From: an uncultured Pseudomonadota bacterium
GTDB lineage: Bacteria > Babelota > Babeliae > Babelales > RVW-14
Assembly (NCBI GenBank): GCA_964568625.1
Contig: CAZMQG010000001.1
Coordinates: forward strand, 83,393 to 147,392
Direction of reading: 5' to 3'
Length of the DNA stretch: 64,000 nt
Shown: positions 40,199 to 47,932 of the stretch, in pieces
Position numbering within the stretch: position 1 is the first letter of the stretch
How the letters are laid out: the number at the start of each line of letters is the position of its first letter
Translations under genes and position numbers: made by a program
The notes under the pieces: model-generated
What the model saw: only the letters and a program-made list of their open reading frames with translations
Databases searched by the model: none
What the model was told of the DNA's origin: nothing

Positions 40199-40360
40199 AT
40201 GGCAGTCAAGAAAAAAGCAAAAAAGGCAGCTAAAAAAGTTGCTAAGAAGGCAACCAAAAAAGTTGCTAAGAAAAAGGTAGCTAAGAAGGCAGCTAAGAAA
40301 GTTGTCAAAAAAGTTGCTAAAAAGGCAGCTAAAAAAGTCAGCATGAAACTTGTCAAGTAA
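40199..40360 (+). CDS. Histone H1-like Lys/Ala-rich small protein (53 aa)
   Basis: AAGGAG RBS at 40187-92; 26 of 53 residues are Lys, none acidic; KK(A/V)(A/T/V) repeats; followed by a terminator. Confidence 0.8.
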   Translation: MAVKKKAKKAAKKVAKKATKKVAKKKVAKKAAKKVVKKVAKKAAKKVSMKLVK

Positions 40361-40384
40361 TATACTCTGACAGTTGCAGATTTT

Positions 40385-40416
40385 AAAGCGATCCATAACA
40401 GGGTCGCTTTTTTTTT
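40385..40416 (+). terminator. Rho-independent terminator
   Basis: aaagcgatcc-ataaca-gggtcgcttt followed by a T-run. Confidence 0.85.
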
Positions 40417-40443
40417 GACAAAACGCTCACATATATTTATTAT
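40415..40443 (+). promoter_or_regulatory. Putative sigma70 promoter for ndk
   Basis: TTGACA-17 nt-TATTAT. Confidence 0.5.
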
Positions 40444-40500
40444 AATTGCTCTTAGCGTAAGAACATTTGTATTGCATATAAACTAGAAGGATTTTAAGAA

Positions 40501-41004
40501 ATGACTTGTGCAAATAGTTTTTCTAAGACATTGATGATGGGTGCGGTATTTACGGTTATTGCATTACTTGGACTTGGAATTTGGTACGTCAAATTTGCAA
40601 GCAAAAATGAAATTCAACATACACTGGCAATCATTAAGCCTGATGCCGTAGCAGCCGGAAACAGTGGTAAAATCATTGATAAAATTGAACAAAGCGGATT
40701 CAAAATTATTGCAATGAAAAAAACTGAATTAACAAAAGAAAAAGCAGAAGAGTTCTATGCCGTTCACAAGGATAAACCATTCTTCGGCGAACTTGTAAGC
40801 TTTATGACTAGCGGCCCAATTGTTGTTCTTGTTCTTGAAAAAGAAAATGCAATTCAAGAATGGCGCAAGCTTATGGGTAAGGCAGAGATCGAAGGAACAT
40901 TACGCAACTTGTTCGGCACAAGTGTTACCAAGAATGCAGTTCACGGTTCTGACGCTCCTGAAACAGCAAAAGTCGAAATTAAACAGTTCTTTCCAGAACT
41001 TTAA
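40501..41004 (+). CDS. ndk: Nucleoside diphosphate kinase with an N-terminal hydrophobic anchor or signal
   Basis: TLAIIKPDAV, FYAVHKDKPFF, FMTSGP, GTLR, NAVHGSD (phospho-His). Confidence 0.92.
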   Translation: MTCANSFSKTLMMGAVFTVIALLGLGIWYVKFASKNEIQHTLAIIKPDAVAAGNSGKIIDKIEQSGFKIIAMKKTELTKEKAEEFYAVHKDKPFFGELVSFMTSGPIVVLVLEKENAIQEWRKLMGKAEIEGTLRNLFGTSVTKNAVHGSDAPETAKVEIKQFFPEL

Positions 41005-41024
41005 AATTTAGATTTTATAAATTC

Positions 41025-41070
41025 AAAAAGTAGAGGCGCAGGTTTTTCAACGTGCGCCTCTACTTTTTTT
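41025..41070 (+). terminator. Rho-independent terminator
   Basis: aaaaagtagaggcgca ... tgcgcctctacttttt, 16-bp stem ending in a T-run. Confidence 0.88.
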
Positions 41071-41172
41071 GGCCCATACACATAAATATATTGATTTTCT
41101 ATCCCTAATTTTTCTACGTTCTTATAAGTAATTTTTGATAATAAAAAAATTTATCTTTTAAGGGAGTAGATT

Positions 41173-44100
41173 ATGAATAAATTTCTGAGAATAATACTGT
41201 TATTTTGCATTGCATTCACGTTGGAATCAAATGCAATGCAGCCAAAATTAATCACACTCAAAACTAATCTCGGCACCTTAACAACAAAGCTGCAAATACT
41301 AGGACAAAAACTCGAAGCACTAAAAAACAAGCTCTCAGATAAAATTCAACCTGAATATCAAAAAAACCTAGATATTTACGCCCTGTACGGAGATAATCCA
41401 GGTATAATTAATGATTCTACAACAGGGCAACCAAGAGAATTAAAACTAGATAAGGACAAAAATTTAAGGCTTGTCGGGCTAGAAAATACTTCTTACACGG
41501 GCTATGGCTATAAAACAGCAAACCTCAGAGAACTGCAAAATATTATAAAAGAGATGAAAATCGCAAAGCCAACAACCTCAGAAGAACAACAATATATAAC
41601 TCAAACTAAAAAACTTAATTTCTTGAAATTACTTAAAAAACAAACTCTAAACATAGGTTATGCCGTTCCAGATTTTATAGGAATAAGCTCTGAAAACATA
41701 AAAAAATATCTCTTAAGTAAAAGCCTCAATATATCAAAACAGTGGAAGGATCTAACATCAACAATCCCTGCATCTGACCAAAAGGCATCTTTACAATCCA
41801 AAAATTTGCCTACCGCTTTTGTGACTGGAATTAATGGAATAGAAAAAGCAGTTAAGAATAAATTTCTTGGTGCAGCAGCTATTTCAATCGTAGATTTAGA
41901 TAAAGAGTTTAATACATCAGGCATAAAAACATTTTTAAGCACAGCGAAAGCTAAAAACCTCAAATTAATGGTTAGAAGTACAGGAAAAGAAGACACTGAC
42001 CAGTTGGCAAATGCAGGAGGTAATGAAACTATCGGCAATGTAGATCCAATCGACAAAAATATTTTAATGGCAATGGGACAAGGCCCAGAGGATCCCATTA
42101 ATAAAGGGGAGTTTAAACTAGGGGTCGTCTCATCATACTTTGGACTAAAATCATTTACACAAAGAATAAAAGCCGGCGATCTATCACTTTATGAAGAACC
42201 TCCAACCCCTGCTCTTATTCAAGTTATGATTGGTGAAACTCCTGATGAAATTACATCATGCGGCGTCATGTTTACTGAAGAGCCAGAAGGCGGAATTTCA
42301 CAAAAAAAAGAGATAAATTCCGACACCGGTCAGATTAAAACTACAGGCATTACACGTATTGAATGTTCTTATGGACATAACGAGGGTGTGGTTAACAGCA
42401 TGGTCCCAGTTGATGTTTACTACATCGATAATAAAAAGGAAATAAACTCCATAATTAGAATAAAAGATAAAAGAATAATTCCTACCCCAAAAGGATTTCA
42501 AATAACTACAAATGATAAACGCTTAGATGGAAGTTTAGCGGCAGATAAAGACTTACCTAATCAACCCGCGCTATCTAAAGAAGAAGTTAAGGCCCTCAAA
42601 ACTTTATCAAATTATCTTGAATTTCATTATAAAAAACCGATGGATGTTGAATTTGTTTTGAAAAAGGCTAATCCAACAGATAAAAAGCGCACCATTTATC
42701 TTGTTCAAGCTCGTCCAATTGTCCACAATGATAAAAAAATTACACCCAGCTATATTTTAAAACCGGAGGATTTTACTGAAAAAGTTACAGGAGAAGTTAT
42801 TGGCATCGCCGGAGGAGCGCTTAGACTCGTAAAAAGTAGAAACGAATGTGTTATCGCAGAAACACTTAAAGAAGCTCTTGAAATTTATCAAAAACTCGAC
42901 TCTTCAGATAATATTAATTGTATATTCGTGAAAAACATGGCTCCGGCAACTTCACATGAAGCAACGCAATTCAGAACGGAACAAAAAGCTGTAATGTGCG
43001 TACCTGAAGTTCAAATAATTGAAAAGTGGCTTCAAGAAAATAAATTTATTCTCATAGATATACAACAGGAACTTGTCACTGCTTGGGATGGAGATCCTAA
43101 TCTTGAAGAAGCACTAAAAAATGATACCCGACTGCACGATGGTTGGATTAACTACCCAATTCCAATGAAATTAACACTCGATGATCTTAAAGACAAAAAA
43201 TATAATAAAAAATTTTCTGCACTCAGCATAAGTGAAATAAACGCAAACTTTAAAGAATTCTTAAACTCTGATTATTTTAAAAATGTTGCAACCATGGCAC
43301 AAGATCAGGCAAAAAAAGATTTCATTAAGAAAAAAGGAGCTAAGCGAACAGTAAATTTAGCAATGTTTCGAATATGCTTCAATTCAATAAAAAAAGATGT
43401 TGAAGAATCAGCAAAATTAAATCTATGTAAGCTTTGCCTAGGCCTAAGTTCCCTTATAAATCAAATGCTAAAACAACTGAAGGATGATGATTTTACTTAT
43501 CAATCCAAACTTATATTGAATCATCTTTTAATACATGCTAAACAAGTAAGTTCTGTTTTGAAAATTCAACCATCTGACGCTAACTATTTCCAACGCTTAT
43601 ATGAAGTAAGATTTTTAGAATCCATTCTATTTCAAACTTCATCCAATGATATTTTTAATAATTATTCATTAGAAAATTTAACAACAAATATTTATGCAAA
43701 AGAGAAATCGATCGAAAAAGAGTTAAGAAAAACCGTACCAATGACGGTTGTAGGTGAAAAATTCAACCAACTAGTTCAATATGGAAAAGCTGCAGAATTT
43801 ATCCTAACCGATGATTTAAAGGCAAAATGGAATAAACTTCTAACTCAACTTCCCAATACTGATCTTAAAACTGATCAGAAAAAATTTAATGTAATGTTTG
43901 ATAATTTAGCAAAAAACAATCTTTTAACCGTTTGGTTTTTATTAAGCGTTGAACCGGTAATAAAAAATAAAAATATTACTTCAAAATTTGAAGCCCATAA
44001 TATAATTGATCAATTATATTCGGATTACAATACAAATAAGCCATTTATCGACGAATTAAAAAAACAAAGAGATAAATTTAATGAGTTAGAAATATCACTG

Positions 44101-47100
44101 TGGAGTAGCGCACATAAATTTGGCAAACAAAAAGAAAATTTAGAAAAAATTGGGGCATACTTTAAAAACCAAGCATTTTTCGACTCATACAACGCCTCAG
44201 GCAATCTGGGCAAAGTATTTGCAACTCAGGTAATGGAAGAATTTATTACTCTTTTTGACACATCAATAAAACAACTTGAAAGCAGCCTAAAAGAATATCC
44301 TGATGAACAAACTCTTATTACTAATATCAAAACTTTAATTACACTGTTTTTAAGTTTTTTATCTGAGTGGATTAATAAGTTTCCGGGAGCAATAAATATC
44401 GATGGGGCTAATGCTTGGGGAGGCCAAACATATACTCAACAAAAATACGACACCGCACAAGCAACTTTGTCCGGTATTTCACCAAATTCCACTAACTATA
44501 ATGACCAAATCAAAATATCTCCAACATTTGATGTAGGAGCATCTGCAATCGGAGGATCTAAAGAGACGGTTGCCAATCTTACAACATTAGAGGATATATT
44601 TACATTTACCCATCAAAGTTTATTGAACATATTAGGTTTTTTAAATAAAAGCATAGATATATTTGGAGCTTGCCCCCAAATAATTTCAAGACTAAATACA
44701 GAACTAACATCTGAAATAAAAACATTAACATCAACTGCTTATGTTGCGCCAAAAGACATAACATTAGCAGGATTATCGATTGAGGGTAAAAATTTAAAAC
44801 TAAAATATAACTATCCTCTCCGTGGACACAGTATGACTATCAATATTAACTTTGAAATAAAAACGAAAATAACAACTATTGCCTGCGAAATTGCCGGTAC
44901 TGGAGGTGGCGCAGGCGGAAATGAATTTGCAAGATTTTATAAAATAGGGGATTACATTGATGTTACAAGCAAAGCGTTAAATTTAAAATCAAATTATAGA
45001 TTCGAAATTCAGGATAAAAAAATAATATGGGAGTGGAAAATTGATTCTAAAACACCTGATATAAATATTTCAAAAATCAAAAATTTAATATTTGAAGCAG
45101 TTTGCATTTCATATGCCGTAAATAACTATCATAATGCAATGGCCTATGAAGCCAAGATATATCAAGAAACCTTTAATTTTATAGATAAAAACGCACTGAC
45201 AACACAGATCATAATTTTTTCAGAACAAAAGGAAAGATTGCACAGTGTTTTCGTAACAGCGCTTGAAAATCTTCCCCAAAATGCAACGTCCTGTAATAAC
45301 TGGGCAAAGACAATTGAAATTTTAGGAAAACTTATTAATGAAAATAATCCATATAGAATAAACACCGAATGTTTCTTTTTTAAAAAATACCACGATCCTT
45401 ACATGGGAGGGTTCCATCATCAATTAAATTATTTGAATATAGAAAATACATTATATCATGAATTAACCTCAAAAAATTATTTATCCATATCCAACACAGA
45501 GATTCAAAACATTGATTTAAAGAGAAATTACTTCAAATTCCGCGAGGCTAAAAAGATATTTAACTATCTGTGCCAAGTTTCACAATATTTTGACGAAAAT
45601 TGTTGGAATAAATTTTTAGATTTAATTAAATCTAACACTGAGCTAGTACTTGGCTTAGAAGACTTAACCCTTGATGATATGGAGGGAGATGGCCCCGCAG
45701 CGGCTAATTTAGAAAATACGGGCACTCAAGGCAGAACTCTAAAACTGCACAATTCCATATCAAAATTATTTAATAACGGATTTACAAGCAAGGTTGCAGG
45801 AGTTAAAGATAAGGCAAAAGCAACAGCAGAAACTTTAATATCAATGGGAATAACTGGTGGGCATCCAGAATGGACAACCGTAAAAGATCTAATTTTAAAT
45901 CAATATACACCCAAATTTGGAATATTTTCTTCTGCAGCGGTTCAGGCCACAATAATACAGTCAATTACAAAGACCCCAGAAGTATTTATTGCCCAAGCTA
46001 ATGCAGAAGATTCATTTAAATTAGTATATCCATCTAAAAAAGCTACATTAAAACCTTTTATAAGCTCATTAGGCGATTTTGCAATGAACCCGAATGATCA
46101 AATCTCCCAGGTAGCCTTCAAAATACTTACTTATTTAAAAGCCCAAGGAGAAGATATTTCAGCCTCATTTGCAAATATTTCGCAAAAAATAAAAACTGAC
46201 CAGGTCACGCTTTTACAACAACAAAAAATTACAAATTTAATAACTCTATTATATGATTTAGTTCCCAACCAAATGCAATTTTTGACAGAAGCAGAGGTAA
46301 TCGCAAAAAAGGCACTGAAATCATCAACTTTTACTACAAAAAATGAAGGAGTAAAATTAGCAAAATTCGTTTTATCCAAAAATCCAGCCGCCGCCTTTAA
46401 TCCTGCAGATTTAATCGATTTACAAGAAATAAAAAATTATATTGATCAATATACCTTCAATGATACGCCTGATAAAAAAGGGGAAAATGCTATCCAAAGC
46501 CTTAAATCAACCGGAACAGCAAATAAGGCAACTGTCCAAGATCCAATGCTTATAGATACAATAAAAAATCAAATCCAAAAGGGCTACTATTTCGGGAATA
46601 CCCAAAATCCAAATGTTTTAGATCTGTATGAATTGATTTCACAAAAAATCTATACTGACCATGAGTTAATCGAAACAGCAAAAACTGACTTAATGGGAAT
46701 ATTGAATAATACAAGCGTAGCCGATGGCGTTGTGCCAACTTATCCTGACCAACGTAATAAAATTGTAAATTTTGCAGAATATTTAATAAGAAATAACAAT
46801 GTAGATAAAAGTGACGTATGGGCCATTTTACAAGCTAGCGGAACAGACACAAAACGAAAATCATTAATTTGCATCCAGATTTTATTTAAAACTCATTACG
46901 ACACAAAAGAATTTTTCGATTTAAGCATTCCTTTAATATTTACCCAAATTAATGCCAATGACGGTGCAAGCAATTACAGTAAAATTGCAAATGATTGTTA
47001 TACGACACTTTACCAATCTATTATTCAAAATAAATATTCACACCAGGATAAGGCTCTATTAAAAACAACTCTTCAATCTTTGGCATTAACACCCGGATCA

Positions 47101-47142
47101 TACCCACAATCACAAAAAGAAGAGATTATTGGCTTATTATAA
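41173..47142 (+). CDS. Secreted 1989-aa PEP-synthase/PPDK-like dikinase (ATP-grasp plus phospho-His swivel) with a large unknown C-terminal region
   Basis: Signal peptide; LMVRSTGKED...AGGNET..NV, IQVMIG, GVMFT, SYGHNEGVVN, PMDVEF, IYLVQARP; swivel motif APATSHEATQFR (His595). No PEP-binding TIM-barrel signature. Confidence 0.8.
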   Translation: MNKFLRIILLFCIAFTLESNAMQPKLITLKTNLGTLTTKLQILGQKLEALKNKLSDKIQPEYQKNLDIYALYGDNPGIINDSTTGQPRELKLDKDKNLRLVGLENTSYTGYGYKTANLRELQNIIKEMKIAKPTTSEEQQYITQTKKLNFLKLLKKQTLNIGYAVPDFIGISSENIKKYLLSKSLNISKQWKDLTSTIPASDQKASLQSKNLPTAFVTGINGIEKAVKNKFLGAAAISIVDLDKEFNTSGIKTFLSTAKAKNLKLMVRSTGKEDTDQLANAGGNETIGNVDPIDKNILMAMGQGPEDPINKGEFKLGVVSSYFGLKSFTQRIKAGDLSLYEEPPTPALIQVMIGETPDEITSCGVMFTEEPEGGISQKKEINSDTGQIKTTGITRIECSYGHNEGVVNSMVPVDVYYIDNKKEINSIIRIKDKRIIPTPKGFQITTNDKRLDGSLAADKDLPNQPALSKEEVKALKTLSNYLEFHYKKPMDVEFVLKKANPTDKKRTIYLVQARPIVHNDKKITPSYILKPEDFTEKVTGEVIGIAGGALRLVKSRNECVIAETLKEALEIYQKLDSSDNINCIFVKNMAPATSHEATQFRTEQKAVMCVPEVQIIEKWLQENKFILIDIQQELVTAWDGDPNLEEALKNDTRLHDGWINYPIPMKLTLDDLKDKKYNKKFSALSISEINANFKEFLNSDYFKNVATMAQDQAKKDFIKKKGAKRTVNLAMFRICFNSIKKDVEESAKLNLCKLCLGLSSLINQMLKQLKDDDFTYQSKLILNHLLIHAKQVSSVLKIQPSDANYFQRLYEVRFLESILFQTSSNDIFNNYSLENLTTNIYAKEKSIEKELRKTVPMTVVGEKFNQLVQYGKAAEFILTDDLKAKWNKLLTQLPNTDLKTDQKKFNVMFDNLAKNNLLTVWFLLSVEPVIKNKNITSKFEAHNIIDQLYSDYNTNKPFIDELKKQRDKFNELEISLWSSAHKFGKQKENLEKIGAYFKNQAFFDSYNASGNLGKVFATQVMEEFITLFDTSIKQLESSLKEYPDEQTLITNIKTLITLFLSFLSEWINKFPGAINIDGANAWGGQTYTQQKYDTAQATLSGISPNSTNYNDQIKISPTFDVGASAIGGSKETVANLTTLEDIFTFTHQSLLNILGFLNKSIDIFGACPQIISRLNTELTSEIKTLTSTAYVAPKDITLAGLSIEGKNLKLKYNYPLRGHSMTININFEIKTKITTIACEIAGTGGGAGGNEFARFYKIGDYIDVTSKALNLKSNYRFEIQDKKIIWEWKIDSKTPDINISKIKNLIFEAVCISYAVNNYHNAMAYEAKIYQETFNFIDKNALTTQIIIFSEQKERLHSVFVTALENLPQNATSCNNWAKTIEILGKLINENNPYRINTECFFFKKYHDPYMGGFHHQLNYLNIENTLYHELTSKNYLSISNTEIQNIDLKRNYFKFREAKKIFNYLCQVSQYFDENCWNKFLDLIKSNTELVLGLEDLTLDDMEGDGPAAANLENTGTQGRTLKLHNSISKLFNNGFTSKVAGVKDKAKATAETLISMGITGGHPEWTTVKDLILNQYTPKFGIFSSAAVQATIIQSITKTPEVFIAQANAEDSFKLVYPSKKATLKPFISSLGDFAMNPNDQISQVAFKILTYLKAQGEDISASFANISQKIKTDQVTLLQQQKITNLITLLYDLVPNQMQFLTEAEVIAKKALKSSTFTTKNEGVKLAKFVLSKNPAAAFNPADLIDLQEIKNYIDQYTFNDTPDKKGENAIQSLKSTGTANKATVQDPMLIDTIKNQIQKGYYFGNTQNPNVLDLYELISQKIYTDHELIETAKTDLMGILNNTSVADGVVPTYPDQRNKIVNFAEYLIRNNNVDKSDVWAILQASGTDTKRKSLICIQILFKTHYDTKEFFDLSIPLIFTQINANDGASNYSKIANDCYTTLYQSIIQNKYSHQDKALLKTTLQSLALTPGSYPQSQKEEIIGLL

Positions 47143-47206
47143 AAGCCATTATTATTGTGTAGAATATGTCGATAAAATAGTATTTTTACCGTATTTTGAG
47201 TATTTT

Positions 47207-47235
47207 TTGCCAATATAAATTTCATTTCGTATAAT
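47207..47235 (+). promoter_or_regulatory. Sigma70 promoter for the single-domain phosphatase
   Basis: TTGCCA-17 nt-TATAAT. Confidence 0.6.
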
Positions 47236-47292
47236 TATATTGTCAAATAGTAGTATTTTTATACTTTTTTATCTAACTTGTTTGGAGGTTTT

Positions 47293-47847
47293 ATGAATAT
47301 TTTTAAAAACAGATCTTTTTTTTCTAAGTCATTTTTATTTTTTCCAGCAATTTTAATTACAGCAATCAGTTGTCACGCAATGCCTGAACAACCATTAAAT
47401 TTTGGCTGGCTTCTAGAAAACAAAATTTGCGGCATGGCAAGACCTAAAAAAACGGAACATTTAAGGTGGTTAGAAGAAAAGAACGTTGGACTTGTTGTTA
47501 CATTGACCGGCGAAGGCAATTTGCCTAATGCCATTTTTGATGGTACAAAACTAGAAAGACTTTATATTCCGGTCGAAGACTTTCACATTCCAACATTTGA
47601 GCAAGCGGATTTATTTATCAACAAAGTCACAGAATTTCTTAAAACAGGTAAATCAATCGTTGTCCATTGTGCCGGCGGCAAGGGAAGAACTGGAACAATG
47701 CTGGCGTGCTGGTTAGCTATAAAAGAAAATATGAATCCGGACGAAGCTATCAAATTTGTTCGTATAAAAAGACCTGGCTCAGTAGAAACCAAAGAGCAAG
47801 AACAATTTGTAAGAGATTATTTTGAATACTCAAAAAAGTCTAAGTAA
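47293..47847 (+). CDS. Secreted dual-specificity phosphatase (DUSP23-like)
   Basis: GGAGG RBS, signal peptide, NFGWL...GMARP, VEDFHIP general acid, HCAGGKGRTGTMLAC (Cx5R), RPGSVETKEQ. Confidence 0.88.
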   Translation: MNIFKNRSFFSKSFLFFPAILITAISCHAMPEQPLNFGWLLENKICGMARPKKTEHLRWLEEKNVGLVVTLTGEGNLPNAIFDGTKLERLYIPVEDFHIPTFEQADLFINKVTEFLKTGKSIVVHCAGGKGRTGTMLACWLAIKENMNPDEAIKFVRIKRPGSVETKEQEQFVRDYFEYSKKSK

Positions 47848-47885
47848 AAAATTTGTATGCTAAATAACCAGCAGACAAAATAAAT

Positions 47886-47923
47886 TCAAGCCACGAGTGT
47901 TAGATCTAACACTCGTGGCTTGA
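47886..47923. terminator. Perfect 38-bp palindrome between convergent genes
   Basis: tcaagccacgagtgttagatctaacactcgtggcttga equals its own reverse complement. Confidence 0.7.
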
Positions 47924-47932
47924 CCGTTTTAA

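Noticed and set aside
40045-40396. Minus-strand ORFs 40045-40356 and 40157-40396, and the 40103 upstream extension
   Set aside because: Antisense shadows of the Lys/Ala repeat; the RBS supports ATG 40199 on the plus strand.
41173-47142. Ordinary PEP synthase, PPDK or rifampin phosphotransferase
   Set aside because: Signal peptide present, no PEP-binding barrel signature, and the His domain directly follows the ATP-grasp domain rather than being C-terminal as in RPH.
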